The notes below the pieces were generated by a model, which was given only the letters and a program-made list of their open reading frames with translations, was not told where the DNA came from and did no database searches. A stretch of DNA of 64,000 bases from an uncultured Methanosarcinaceae archaeon (GTDB lineage Archaea; Halobacteriota; Methanosarcinia; Methanosarcinales; Methanosarcinaceae). Position numbers and translations under genes: made by a program. Below are positions 31,556 through 42,500 of the stretch, piece after piece (position 1 is the first letter of the stretch; every line of letters begins with the position of its first letter). Where the stretch lies: assembly GCA_963721455.1 (NCBI GenBank), contig CAVRJG010000033.1, positions 64,001 through 128,000 of the forward strand. The letters are read 5' to 3'.

Positions 31556-31625
31556 CATTCTTTAAATGAGATGCTTTGATGATACATTCTTTAAATGAGA
31601 TGCTTTGATGATGCATTCTTTAAAT
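31556..31625. repeat. 29-bp tandem repeat x2.4
   Basis: CATTCTTTAAATGAGATGCTTTGATGAT(A/G) twice plus CATTCTTTAAAT. Confidence 0.9.
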
Positions 31626-32004
31626 AATTCCAGAAGTTTGTCAGCAGATAATATTGACGCTACTGCTACGATCCCACAGTCAACTGGCTGCATTTGTCAA
31701 AGTCCAGACAATAATAAAAATATTTCTTTTTGTGTTCCTTAATATGCAGGCAGCAACCCATTTTAGCTCTCGATGATTGATAAAACCGAGTTAAAGTCGC
31801 AAATTACCAGATTTTAAGTTTTATGTCCGGCAGAAGCGGATAAAACAAATTTACTTGTTTTAAATAATTTTTCAGCTTATTCCGGCTGTTCAATTGATAA
31901 CTTTTTATAACATAATTTTTAATTAAAGAATATAAATACATATGTATTTATAGTATGAATTTTTGAAATTACGGCTGTCTATAGAACTTAGAGAGGGATT
32001 ATAG

Positions 32005-33024
32005 ATGACAGAATACACACCAAAAGAAAGATTATACCGTGCATTAAGGAAACAGCCAGTGGACAGAATGCCCGCAGTCTGTTTCACCCAGACCGCAACT
32101 GTAGAACAGATGGAAGCGTGCGGAGCCTACTGGCCCGAAGCCCATGCAGACGCAAAAAAAATGGCAACCCTTGCAGAAGCAGGACACACCGTAATTGGCT
32201 TTGAAGCCGTGAGAGTCCCCTTTGACATCACAGCTGAAGCCGAACTCTTTGGCTGCGGAATAAAGGCCGGCGACCTGAAGCAGCAGCCCTCCGTAATCAA
32301 GCATGTTGTCAAGAACCTGGAAGACCTGGACAAAATAAAGGATTACAACCTGAAAGAAGGCAGAGTTGGATTGATCCTTGAAGCCATCAAGATCCTTTCC
32401 GAAAAATACGGAAAAGAACTCCCGGTTATAGGGTCCATGATAGGTCCTTTCTCTCTTGCCCAGCATATAAACGGAGATGCCTGGTTCGGAAACCTTTTCA
32501 CAGGGGAAGACGTTGTCCCTGCACTTCTGGACTTCTGCTCGGATTTCAATGTAGCATACGCAAAAGCAATGGTTGAGAACGGAGCAGACACCATAGCCAT
32601 TATTGACCCGACTGCAAGCTATGAGCTGATCGGCGGGGAATTCTATGAGAAATATGCCCTTCCCTACCAGAAAAAGATCATTGACGCAATGAAGGAACTC
32701 GATGTGGCTACAGTTCTTCACATTTGCGGAAACACAACCAATGGCCTTGGAATTATGGACCGGACCGGCGTAAACGGGATCAGTGTGGACCAGCGGGTAG
32801 ACATCGCAACCGCAATCGGCAATGTGAAAAATGCAATCATTGTCGGAAACCTTGACCCTGTAGCAGTACTCTGGAACGGAACCCCCGAAACCATTGAGGA
32901 AGCTTCAAAGAAGGTACTCGATGCAGGCGTTGGGTTGCTCACTGCTGGCTGCGGAATTGTCAGCATGACCCCGACTGCCAACCTTCAGAAGATGGTCGAG
33001 TGCGCCATCAACCACAAGTACTGA
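32005..33024 (+). CDS. mtbA: Methylcobamide:CoM methyltransferase (methylamine-specific)
   Basis: UroD-like fold with Zn ligands LHICG and GCG; located beside mtmCB. Confidence 0.93.
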   Translation: MTEYTPKERLYRALRKQPVDRMPAVCFTQTATVEQMEACGAYWPEAHADAKKMATLAEAGHTVIGFEAVRVPFDITAEAELFGCGIKAGDLKQQPSVIKHVVKNLEDLDKIKDYNLKEGRVGLILEAIKILSEKYGKELPVIGSMIGPFSLAQHINGDAWFGNLFTGEDVVPALLDFCSDFNVAYAKAMVENGADTIAIIDPTASYELIGGEFYEKYALPYQKKIIDAMKELDVATVLHICGNTTNGLGIMDRTGVNGISVDQRVDIATAIGNVKNAIIVGNLDPVAVLWNGTPETIEEASKKVLDAGVGLLTAGCGIVSMTPTANLQKMVECAINHKY

Positions 33025-33925
33025 ACACAGTGCTGAGAATTACCAAACCAGGAAGAAAACGAAGTGCCGGCCCTGAAGCCGGTTTTATTTTTATACAGTT
33101 TCCCTGGAAAAAACAGCCTTGAACAGGAGTTTTTCTGGCTCTAAAGACCTGTTATTTTCCCGGAGAAATGGTCTGTCCTGGCAAACAGAACCAAATTTAG
33201 TATTTAATGGTATTCCTTTAAAACTCTTTCTAGTGCCTCTGTTTTAAGGTAGGAGACTCCATGTAGTGGATTCAACCGCCACAGCTTAAGACACCCATAA
33301 TTATATCTTTTGCATTTATACCCGGATACAAGACTTTTAAGGAAAAAAGGCAAAAAAACTAAATTATTAGTCCTAAAGTTCTAAAGAATTTTCATCTAAA
33401 ATTTCCTGCGGGTATATAAGAAACAAATATACTATTCATTTATATAGTATAATTTTCAATATTTATTTCAGGAATTGGATCTGATGTTCAGTACAATTCC
33501 AGGCAGTTCCAGCAGGTATACTGTTGGGAAATTTGGGATATGAGTAATTAATTCAACTGGGAAAATAAACAAATTTACAGTTTCCAGCAAATAAATTCCC
33601 CGGTAATAATGTCAGGAGAGAAGAAATTATTCACAAAAAACCCGAACTTTGCTCGGGTAAGAAATGGCAAATGGTAGTGGATAATTTCGGCTATAGACAA
33701 TTAGAAAAACCGTAAAGGCATTTCCTCGTGCCTAATGGCTGAGATATCAGGCAGCGGGGATATGGACCATGAATGAGAACCCCATGCAGATGCTTTTTTT
33801 AGCTAGCGGAGCTTGGGTATAAATGATTGCACATTCAAACCTTTGCGAGAAGTCGGTTGTCTAGAGACATTGTACTGCCCAACAATACTGCACAGAACAG
33901 CACGTCTCAGTGGAGGTTTACAAAA

Positions 33926-34579
33926 ATGGCAAACCAAGAGATTTTTGACAAGTTACGCGATGCGATCGTAAATCAGAACGTCGCAGGCACTGCACAGTTA
34001 GCCAAGGATGCCCTGGCTGCAGGAATTCCACCTCTCGATATCATTTCCAAGGGTCTTTCCGTTGGAATGAAAATTATCGGTGACAAGTTCGAAGCCGCCG
34101 AGATTTTTCTGCCCCAGATTATGATGTCCGGAAAAGCAATGAGCAATGCAATGGAAGTCCTCACTCCCGAAATTGCAAAGAACAAGAAGGAAGGAGACGA
34201 AATAGGACTTGCAATCACTTTTGTTGCAGAAGGGGATATTCACGACATCGGGCACAGGCTTGTTACCACGATGCTCGGAGCAAACGGATTCCAGATTCTT
34301 GACCTTGGGGTTGACGTCCTTAACGAAACCGTTGTAGAAGAAGCCGCAAAGCACAAGGGCGAAAAGATTCTTCTCGTTGGCTCAGCTCTCATGACCACCT
34401 CCATGCTCGGCCAGAAAGACCTTATGGACAGGCTCAAGGAAGAAAACCTCAGGGACAGTGTAAAGTGCATGTTCGGAGGAGCTCCTGTATCCGATAAATG
34501 GATCGAGGAAATCGGAGCTGATGCAACTGCAGAAAACGCTGCCGAGGCTGCAAAAGTAGCACTCGAAGTTATGAAATAA
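33926..34579 (+). CDS. mtmC: Monomethylamine corrinoid protein
   Basis: B12-binding DIHDIGH, SALMTTS and GGAP motifs; GGAGG RBS before the ATG at 33926. Confidence 0.96.
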   Translation: MANQEIFDKLRDAIVNQNVAGTAQLAKDALAAGIPPLDIISKGLSVGMKIIGDKFEAAEIFLPQIMMSGKAMSNAMEVLTPEIAKNKKEGDEIGLAITFVAEGDIHDIGHRLVTTMLGANGFQILDLGVDVLNETVVEEAAKHKGEKILLVGSALMTTSMLGQKDLMDRLKEENLRDSVKCMFGGAPVSDKWIEEIGADATAENAAEAAKVALEVMK

Positions 34580-34598
34580 TCCTGGGAGGCAAAAGACG

Positions 34599-35975
34599 AT
34601 GACGTTTAGAAAATCATTTGACTGCTATGACTTCTACGACAGGGCAAAAGTAGGAGAGAAGTGCACCCAGGATGACTGGGACCTTATGAAGATCCCAATG
34701 AAGTCAATGGAGCTCAAGCAGAAGTACGGGCTTGACTTCAAAGGAGAGTTTGTTCCTACGGACAAGGACATGATGGAAAAACTCTTCAAGGCAGGATTCG
34801 AGATGCTCCTTGACTGCGGTATCTACTGTACCGACACTCACAGGATCGTAAAGTACACTGAAGCTGAAATCTGGGACGCACTCAACAATGTCCAGAAAGA
34901 ATTCACCCTCGGTACAGGCAGAGAGGCAGTAAATGTCAGGAAGAGAAGTGTCGGGGACAAGAGAAAGCCCATCGTCCAGGGCGGTCCTACAGGTTCTCCG
35001 ATTTCCGAAGATGTGTTTATGCCTGTTCACATGAGCTATGCTCTGGAAAAGGAAGTCGACACGATTGTAGACGGTGTCATGACCTCAGTCCGCGGGAAAC
35101 CCCCTATACCCGGCAGCCCCTATGAAGTTCTTGCCGCAAAGACCGAAACCCGCCTGATTAAGCAGGCATGCGCAATGGCAGGCCGCCCGGGCATGGGCAT
35201 ATAGGGCCCGGAGACTTCCCTGTCTGCTCAGGGAAATATATCCTCTGACTGCGTTGGCGGCCAGATAAGCTCGGACAGCCACGAAGTCTCCCAGCTAAAT
35301 GAGCTCAAGATTGACCTCGATGCAATCGCAGTTATCGCCCACTACAAAGGAAACAGCGATATCATTATGGACGAGCAGATGCCGATTTTCGGAGGATATG
35401 CTGGAGGAATTGAGGAAACCACAATCGTTGACATTGCAACCCACATCAACTCCATTGTCATGAGCAGCGCAAGCTGGCACCTTGACGGTCCTGTCCACAT
35501 CCGCTGGGGATCAACCAATACCAGAGAAACTCTCATAATTGCAGGCTGGGCATGTGCAACAATTTCCGAGTTCACAGACATTCTCTCAGGAAACCAGTAC
35601 TACCCATGTGCGGGTCCCTGTACTGAGATGTGCCTCCTCGAGGCTTCAGCCCAGTCCATCACTGACACGGCATCAGGCAGAGAAATCCTCTCAGGTGTCG
35701 CAGCCGCAAAAGGTGTCGTAACCGACAAGACCACAGGTATGGAAGCCAGGATGATGGGAGAAGTGGCAAGGGCAACTGCAGGTGTGGAAATCTCAGAGAT
35801 AAACGTGATTCTCGATAAGCTTGTAGCCCTCTACGAGAAGAATTACGCAAGCGCCCCTGCAGGAAAGACTTTCCAGGAGTGTTACAACGTAAAGACAGTA
35901 ACCCCAACTGACGAATACATGCAGGTCTACGACGGAGCAAGGAAGAAGCTCGAAGACCTGGGACTTGTATTCTAA
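34599..35975 (+). CDS. mtmB: Monomethylamine:corrinoid methyltransferase, pyrrolysine at codon 202 (TAG 35202-35204)
   Basis: MTFRKSFDCYDFYDRAK start; AGRPGMGI-TAG-GPETSLS; the frame stays open to TAA at 35975 (458 aa). Confidence 0.98.
35205..35280 (+). promoter_or_regulatory. PYLIS-type stem-loop downstream of the mtmB amber codon
   Basis: TTCCCTG/CAGGGAA stem plus further pairing just 3' of the UAG, the position described for PYLIS. Confidence 0.7.
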
Positions 35976-36017
35976 GTCGAAAGTCCAAAGCCTGAAGTTT
36001 ATATTGAAGGAACCGAG

Positions 36018-36050
36018 GCCAGCGAGTATACTCGCTGGCTAATTTTTTTT
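36018..36050 (+). terminator. mtmCB terminator
   Basis: Perfect palindrome GCCAGCGAGTATACTCGCTGGC followed by a T8 tract. Confidence 0.8.
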
Positions 36051-36164
36051 GAAAAAACTCAGGCGAAACTATTATAAATATATCTTGCGAATTCTGCGGA
36101 AATTTTTCACATATAGGTGAACGTATATAAAAATTCAGGATATATAAAAAATGGGGATATTAAA

Positions 36165-36269
36165 ATGGATATCTGGACTTTAATAAACGGACTGATATAT
36201 CTCCTGGCTTTCGGATTGATGGGCTGGGTCTTATTGGATGCCAGTAAGGTTTCAAAAAGAAGGGGTTGA
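36165..36269 (+). CDS. Unannotated 34-aa single-TM protein MDIWTLINGLIYLLAFGLMGWVLLDASKVSKRRG
   Basis: GGGGA RBS, one TM helix and a basic tail; the stop lies 6 nt before the permease ATG. Confidence 0.6.
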   Translation: MDIWTLINGLIYLLAFGLMGWVLLDASKVSKRRG

Positions 36270-36275
36270 GATGGC

Positions 36276-37679
36276 ATGTCTGAACATGAGTCTTCCAGCT
36301 TAGTGAAAACTCTAAGGCCTTTCCATGTATGGGCTCTCGGAGTCGGCATCGTGCTGGTCGGTGAATATATGGGCTGGAACTTTACCGTTGCAAAAGGAGG
36401 AGTTCTGGGTTCCCTGCTTGCCATGCTGGTTGCAGGAACCATGTATGTCATAATCTCTCTCTGCGCCAGTGAACTTGGATCAGCAACCAAACTTGCAGGA
36501 GGACCCTACGACTGGGCAAGATTATTTATCGGTCCCGGGGCAGCTGCCAGTGTAGGGCTTGCAGTCTATATGGAATATATTGCCCTTGAAGCGGCAGATG
36601 CCATTGTTGTCGCATTCATTGCACAGAGCATCTTCCCGGAGCTACAGGTTTTTCCTGTGACACTGCTTGTCATTGCACTTTTAACCTTCATTAATTATCG
36701 GGGCGTTGTTGCGGCTTTAACTCTGAATTTTGTCCTGACCATGATAGCTTTCATTGCAATAGTGGTCTTCTTCTTCGCAACTGCCTTCGGAACAGTTAAT
36801 ATCCACCCTGAATACCTTTTGCAGGGAGCTCTGCCAAACGGCATGATAGGCCTCTTTGCTGCCTTGCAGTTCGGGCCGTGGTTCTATCTTGGAATAGAAG
36901 GGGCGGCGATGTGCGCTGAAGAGTGCAAGCATCCTTCAAGAGCAGTACCTCTAGGCCAGCAAGCCGGAATGATCACCCTGCTCATAGGAGCAGCAATGAC
37001 CCTGTACCTTTGTGCAGTGTTGATCCCTGCGGATCTGCTCGGAGTTTCCGTGTATCCGCTCTTTGAGGCTGCACAGAACAGTGGTATTTTTATCTTTGTT
37101 GCCCTGCTCGGGCTCGGGACCTTCCTGACCTGCGTTGCCAGTGCAAACGGTTGCGTCTGTGACTCCTCACGCTCCTGGTTTGCCCTCTCCAGAGACAATT
37201 ACGTGTCTTCCTGGTTTTCGGCAGTGCACCCAAGATATAACACTCCATACAGGGCTGTGATCTTCACGGTGCCTGTTGCAATCGGCTTTGCATTCAGTGG
37301 TTTCCTGGACCAGGTTATTACCTTCTCCATTATTTCGGGACTGCTCTGCTATGTGTTAATTCCATTCTCCCTGATCCGCTTCAGGAACCTCTTCCCGCAG
37401 ACCACAAGCAGGGTCAGGCCTTTTGTGGGTCCTCTTCAGCCGTATATTGCTTACTTTGCAATTGCAATCGCAATTACGATTCTTTCAACGCTGTTCTGGG
37501 GCTACAAGTATAACCTGATCTTCGCCTTTGTGTTCTACGGCATTGCATACTTCTATTTCAGCCACAGGCACAAGAGTTCAAACATAGAAAACAACTGGAC
37601 TGAAATGGGCTGGCCCTTACCCGTGGGCTCGGAAAATGCAAGTATAGGAAAGGAGGCGAGGGGCATTGGAGACGAATAA
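36276..37679 (+). CDS. mtmP: APC-family permease, putative monomethylamine permease
   Basis: About 12 TM; WALGVGIVLVGEYMGWN and WFYLGIEG...AEE motifs; directly downstream of mtmB. Confidence 0.85.
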   Translation: MSEHESSSLVKTLRPFHVWALGVGIVLVGEYMGWNFTVAKGGVLGSLLAMLVAGTMYVIISLCASELGSATKLAGGPYDWARLFIGPGAAASVGLAVYMEYIALEAADAIVVAFIAQSIFPELQVFPVTLLVIALLTFINYRGVVAALTLNFVLTMIAFIAIVVFFFATAFGTVNIHPEYLLQGALPNGMIGLFAALQFGPWFYLGIEGAAMCAEECKHPSRAVPLGQQAGMITLLIGAAMTLYLCAVLIPADLLGVSVYPLFEAAQNSGIFIFVALLGLGTFLTCVASANGCVCDSSRSWFALSRDNYVSSWFSAVHPRYNTPYRAVIFTVPVAIGFAFSGFLDQVITFSIISGLLCYVLIPFSLIRFRNLFPQTTSRVRPFVGPLQPYIAYFAIAIAITILSTLFWGYKYNLIFAFVFYGIAYFYFSHRHKSSNIENNWTEMGWPLPVGSENASIGKEARGIGDE

Positions 37680-37935
37680 CCAGGCAATGAAAAGCAAATA
37701 TCATCGCAAACTTAACGGAGATACAGTTCTCGTTGTAGGCATGCTTGCCCTGCTGGTAAGCGTGGAAGGATTTATAATATACAAGATCCTTGCCGAAACG
37801 TGGGAGATTGCTGGAAACTTCTTCTACCTCTACGTGATTTTCGTAGGCCTGATCATTGTAATTGAGACAATCGGATGCCTGAGTGTGAGAGAGTCCATCA
37901 AAAACCATATGTTCGAGTTCAAATACTACGACTGA
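37666..37935 (+). CDS. Small two-TM membrane protein
   Basis: TTG start after AGGAGG, overlapping the permease end. Confidence 0.75.
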   Translation: METNNQAMKSKYHRKLNGDTVLVVGMLALLVSVEGFIIYKILAETWEIAGNFFYLYVIFVGLIIVIETIGCLSVRESIKNHMFEFKYYD

Positions 37936-37950
37936 GGAGGCAGAAGAACA

Positions 37951-38187
37951 ATGACAGAAAAGAGCACCATTACAGAGGTCTTTGATATTGTGTTTATCTT
38001 CGTGCTGGCCTTTGCCTGTGTGGTTATTCCCACAGTGCTCCAGGGAGCTGTATTAGTTTCCTGGGGAGAAGGAGGGGCAGGGATAGGCTTTGTCTGGGAC
38101 CCGGTAGGTTTCTTCAGTTTCTTGCTGGTAATAATTGCTTTCTTCGTTGTGATTCTCTATCACTCGGTAAAGCACTACAAATACTGA
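37951..38187 (+). CDS. Small two-TM membrane protein
   Basis: GAGGAGG RBS and two hydrophobic helices. Confidence 0.78.
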   Translation: MTEKSTITEVFDIVFIFVLAFACVVIPTVLQGAVLVSWGEGGAGIGFVWDPVGFFSFLLVIIAFFVVILYHSVKHYKY

Positions 38188-38228
38188 AAGAAATTGAAAA
38201 AAAATTAAAAAAAGGTTTGATCGAATGC

Positions 38229-38265
38229 CTGCCTGAAGGAGAATTTCAGGCAGACAATTTTTTTT
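38229..38265 (+). terminator. Terminator of the permease operon
   Basis: CTGCCTGAA...TTCAGGCAG stem followed by a T8 tract. Confidence 0.7.
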
Positions 38266-38732
38266 AAATGCAGGCAGAATGTTACCTTTTTCAAACGGAG
38301 GTTATAATTCTATTCTGCCTTATGAGCATGATCTCCCTGAAAAGAGGGAGTTATTCAGGGAGCAATGGAGGTATTTTCGTGGATTTTTCAAAAAGGCCCG
38401 AATCCGGCTTCTGCTCCAGGAAGTCCAGGCTCTGAACCATCTTCAGAAAGTATAAGCACATCACTACGGATGTATCCTGAAATCCAGGTCCTTACCTTGC
38501 TTAGAAAGTATACCAGAGCCCCTTAACTCCTGAGAAGCCTGAGTTTCTGACCTATTTACAATAAAAGATAAAAGCTAATCATATATATAATTTATGGCGT
38601 TAATTTCATTTAAAAGGATATAGTATATATATTTTTTTATTTGTAGAGAACCCCAAATAGAAGTATTTATATAAAAGAGTTAAGAAGCGCAGTAAATCAA
38701 AAAAGATAGGAAGGATTCAGACGTATAAAAAA

Positions 38733-39767
38733 TTAAGAGAAAGTAGAGATTAGTTTTTCGAGCTGGATTCTCTCATTAGCAGCATCTTTAAGGCAAGCAT
38801 CGGTTTCGGAAATTTTCACGACAAGACGAGCAATATATGCATCAGTTTCCCCTGAGTCTGCGAGGGCTTCGGAAAGCCCTTCAAGAATCTCAACCCCTAA
38901 CAGCCCTTTTTCAACTATCATCTCGTCGATAAGCTGCCTCCCTTGGAAAAAATCCCCTGCAAGAGCCGCATAAAGCAGTTTATCCATAGTTTCATCCCTG
39001 CCTTTCATAGTAGCTTGATATACCATCTCTTCAGTAATGACCGCACCATTTGCCAGCAAGGAAACAATCTGCAGAGTATGGACAGCTCTTGCAACATTCC
39101 CTTTCGCAAAATAAAGGATCGCATCAAATGCACCCTCCGAAAATTTCAAATTTTCAGCACAGCCAATTTTCCCAAGATAGGCTTTCAGAAGAGAGTCAGG
39201 AACATATGTGAAAAAAATTTGAAGGCCCCTTGAGCGGAGCGGAGCGATAAGTTTGGAAGGTTTGGTGGTTGAAAGGATAAACCTGCATGTTGCACTGTAC
39301 TTTTCCATAATTCGCCTGAGAGCGTGTTGTGCGTCTGAACTCAGGGACTCGGCATTATCGATGTAGATTAACTTGTAATCGGCGTCAATTGAAGCCATTC
39401 CAGAATACTCATTGATAATTTCCTTAAAGATGTCGATTACACTTTTATAGATTTTCTTAGGGTCGTCGGTACCCAGAAAACGCACAAAACGCTTATCCCG
39501 GACAAGATAGCGCTTCCCCTGGTCAAAAAAATCCGAAGCATTGAAATATGCAAAATTGTTTTTCCATGTACTGCCATAGAGCTGCCTGGCAAGGGCAAGG
39601 GCAGCTGTCGTTTTTCCGGAATTTACAGGGCCGTATAAAATGAGGTGAGGCAGGGTCCCTGACTTTGCCAGTTCGGAAAGCGTGGTTATGGCATGTTTGT
39701 TTCCAAGCATTTCTTCCAGGGTACCTGCCCTGTATTTCAAAGTCCAGAGATCCTGCATTGATTCCAC
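38733..39767 (-). CDS. Replication factor C small subunit (RFCS2-like)
   Basis: WTLKYR, PHLILYGPVNSGKT, NASD, AQHALRRIMEKYS and LRSR (SRC variant). Confidence 0.9.
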   Translation of the reverse strand: MESMQDLWTLKYRAGTLEEMLGNKHAITTLSELAKSGTLPHLILYGPVNSGKTTAALALARQLYGSTWKNNFAYFNASDFFDQGKRYLVRDKRFVRFLGTDDPKKIYKSVIDIFKEIINEYSGMASIDADYKLIYIDNAESLSSDAQHALRRIMEKYSATCRFILSTTKPSKLIAPLRSRGLQIFFTYVPDSLLKAYLGKIGCAENLKFSEGAFDAILYFAKGNVARAVHTLQIVSLLANGAVITEEMVYQATMKGRDETMDKLLYAALAGDFFQGRQLIDEMIVEKGLLGVEILEGLSEALADSGETDAYIARLVVKISETDACLKDAANERIQLEKLISTFS

Positions 39768-39832
39768 CTTGTTTTTAGCTTTTGAACACCAATCAATATC
39801 ATGGAACTTTATTTTTCTTTTTCCCTCAAGAC

Positions 39833-41533
39833 TTACTCAGTCATACCTACGTTTTCACTTTCATCTACATGAAGAAGTTCCTTGATTACTACACCGTAAA
39901 CAGGTCTTGCAATAACCACACCTATGAAGACACCAATGATAGTGGTAATTGCAAAGCCCTTCAAAGAGCCAAAGCCCATTACGACCAGGGGAGCCATTGC
40001 AATAACCGTTGTGGCAGCCGCTCCAAAGATAATGGAGAAAGCTTTTCCTATCCGGGAAACGAAAACCTTCGTTGGAGGAAGTTTGCCTTCGTAAAGCACC
40101 TCATCTGTGATGATTACAAGGTGGTCAATCCCGGTACCTATTGCAGCAATAATACCTGCAATAGATGCCAGGTCAAGCTGCCAGCCTATAAGTGATGCAA
40201 CTCCAAGGATCATAATAACTTCACTGGTGGAAGTCCCGACCATGGGTATTAGGATTTCACGTCTCCTGTACCTGAAGAAAACCACGGCTGCTACTGCAAT
40301 CAGGGATATCAGGCCTGTAATCATGGATGCGGTTTTGAACTGCGATCCGAGACCTGCGTCCACATGTCCTGAGCCTACAAGCTCTACATTGACTGGAAGA
40401 GCCCCTGCCCTGAGATGAACCTGAAGTGCAGCCGCTTCGGCTTTGGCAGCTTCATCAGTGCCTGTGGAAGCTTCCCAGGAATATATAGGGCCTTCTCGCA
40501 GTTTGGAAGCGGCAGACGGACTCAAAGGAGCTCCATAAATCTCAACTTCATCCAGGTACATCATCATATAATGGGCGTCCGGGTTGTCAATTGCCCCGGT
40601 TTCGAGTGCAACTTTCTGGAGTGTCCGGGCCCCTTCTTCATTTAGGGTAAAGGGAGTGTGCCACTGTTCATCGTGGAAGCTTGGAATTCCGACACCTACG
40701 ATGGAATCCCCGTAAATTACATGTTCAGTTTCATTCCCGGTGGTCTGGATCCGGATCTCAAACTTTCCCGGTTTTTCGGCAATTTCCTTGGCAGTTGCCA
40801 GGTCAATACCTGCAAAATCAATCAGAATATAGTCGTCCCCTACAGTCCTGACAGGAATATCTTTCAGACCCATAGAATTGAGCTTATCATTAAGAATGTC
40901 CCTTGTCAGGTCTCTGGTTTCACTGCTGACTCCTTCTTTGTAAGTTGAAGTCCCATCTTCATTCTTGTGGATCGAACCTCCAACCTTTTCCAGTAGAGTC
41001 TCAAGCTGTTCTTCAGTGACTGCAGTCCTGATTTCGTAGATCATTCCGTCCGGAATACTCATGGGAACTATTTCTGCATCAAGGGCTTTTGAGAGGTAAG
41101 CCTGGATGAGAGCCTCTTTACTGGTAGAGGAGATAGTTACCTGAGTTGTGTTCCCACTCAGCTTGTCCACACTTACCGTGCCCAGAGACTCAAGTTGGGA
41201 GGCACTGACCGGAGCGGATGTCGTAAACGTGATAGATTTATCGGCAGAGCCGCCGACGTCAAGGCCATTTTTTGTGATCTCAATAGGAGCCCCTATTATA
41301 GGCTCGACAATTCCGCTGACCAGCTTTCCGGAATCTGCATCTATCTGGGCAAGCGCTCCCTCCAGTTTGATCTGGAGCCAGGACCCGCCTTCCAGGTCAA
41401 GCCCGAAGTTCAGGTTCGAAGTTACCCCTTCTCCGGCAGTATAACCCGGGTGGATAGCAACTATAGAGCCAAGAAGGATCAGAGTGAAGATAATGACCCT
41501 TACATTTTTAAAAAGGCTTTTTTTATCGCTCAT
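39833..41533 (-). CDS. secD: Protein translocase subunit SecD
   Basis: GLDLEGG, LRAGALP, GTGIDH and LKGFAITT. Confidence 0.95.
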   Translation of the reverse strand: MSDKKSLFKNVRVIIFTLILLGSIVAIHPGYTAGEGVTSNLNFGLDLEGGSWLQIKLEGALAQIDADSGKLVSGIVEPIIGAPIEITKNGLDVGGSADKSITFTTSAPVSASQLESLGTVSVDKLSGNTTQVTISSTSKEALIQAYLSKALDAEIVPMSIPDGMIYEIRTAVTEEQLETLLEKVGGSIHKNEDGTSTYKEGVSSETRDLTRDILNDKLNSMGLKDIPVRTVGDDYILIDFAGIDLATAKEIAEKPGKFEIRIQTTGNETEHVIYGDSIVGVGIPSFHDEQWHTPFTLNEEGARTLQKVALETGAIDNPDAHYMMMYLDEVEIYGAPLSPSAASKLREGPIYSWEASTGTDEAAKAEAAALQVHLRAGALPVNVELVGSGHVDAGLGSQFKTASMITGLISLIAVAAVVFFRYRRREILIPMVGTSTSEVIMILGVASLIGWQLDLASIAGIIAAIGTGIDHLVIITDEVLYEGKLPPTKVFVSRIGKAFSIIFGAAATTVIAMAPLVVMGFGSLKGFAITTIIGVFIGVVIARPVYGVVIKELLHVDESENVGMTE

Positions 41534-42435
41534 CTGTTATACCTCCCTCTGAATTCGGGTTTCATCACATACCATCGTAGAATTCCCGTATTCAGGAGCC
41601 AGGTATTCATAATATCTGCAAAAAGCCCTGCAATCAACACGATTGAGATCTGCGAAAGCAGAGTAATCTGTGTGAATGAGGGAATGATCAGATAGGAGAA
41701 AGTCGAGACTATGTACATGACCGCAAGCGCTGCAAGGGTTGTGGTGGTCATGGTAATACCTGTCTGCATAGCCCGGGAGACCTTTACTTCTACCGCGCCT
41801 CGGCGTTTAATTACCCTATTTGTGAGCAAAATGTCACTATCCACAGAATAACCGATAAGCATAAGCAGAGCGGCAAGTGTTCCCAGGGAAAGCTCTATCC
41901 CTGCAACTCTCATGAAAGCAGCTGCAATTATGATGTCCGAAAAGGCAGAAAGTATCACTGCAAAGGAAGGTATGAAACTCCGGAAGAGCAGAAATACCAC
42001 AATTGCCATCCCTATAAAAGAAATGACAAGGGCCTGAAGAGCCTGTACCTGCAGCTCCTTGCCGTAGATGGGCCCGACCTGCCTGATCTCCACATTCGAA
42101 TAGCGGCTCATAACATCCTTTTCAAGCTGACGCTGCTGCTCATCGTCCATGACCCCGAACTGCATGATAACCCTACTTCCGGTCTGCCGGGCATCTGTGA
42201 TGGGGTAAGAAGAATATATATTTTCAAGCACAGCAGGAGAGTCAGTCGTTTCTACCGAAATCTGGGTACCACCCTGAAATTCCATTCCCAGGATTACCGG
42301 CGACCCGCTGCTTACAAAGGAAACCAGCAGTACTACTAAAGAAACTGCGAGTACTGCAAGAGGAATTGCCAGCAACTGGCGATTATCGTGATTTTTCACG
42401 AAATTATCTAAAAGTTCGGTCAAACCTGTTGCCAT
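41530..42435 (-). CDS. secF: Protein translocase subunit SecF
   Basis: GMEFQGGT, IGYSVDSDILL and TGITMTTTT. Confidence 0.95.
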   Translation of the reverse strand: MATGLTELLDNFVKNHDNRQLLAIPLAVLAVSLVVLLVSFVSSGSPVILGMEFQGGTQISVETTDSPAVLENIYSSYPITDARQTGSRVIMQFGVMDDEQQRQLEKDVMSRYSNVEIRQVGPIYGKELQVQALQALVISFIGMAIVVFLLFRSFIPSFAVILSAFSDIIIAAAFMRVAGIELSLGTLAALLMLIGYSVDSDILLTNRVIKRRGAVEVKVSRAMQTGITMTTTTLAALAVMYIVSTFSYLIIPSFTQITLLSQISIVLIAGLFADIMNTWLLNTGILRWYVMKPEFRGRYNR

Positions 42436-42500
42436 AATTTAATACTCCGATGCATGCATCTATTTATTTTTTTATCGAACTTATCCGAACAACTTTTCAC

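Noticed and set aside
33827-33925. N-terminal extensions in the ORF track for mtmC (also pylC, purM, the fourth USP and DUF190)
   Set aside because: Downstream starts have better RBSs and match the family N-termini.
34599-35204. mtmB as a nonsense pseudogene
   Set aside because: The TAG is at the pyrrolysine position and the pyl machinery is adjacent.
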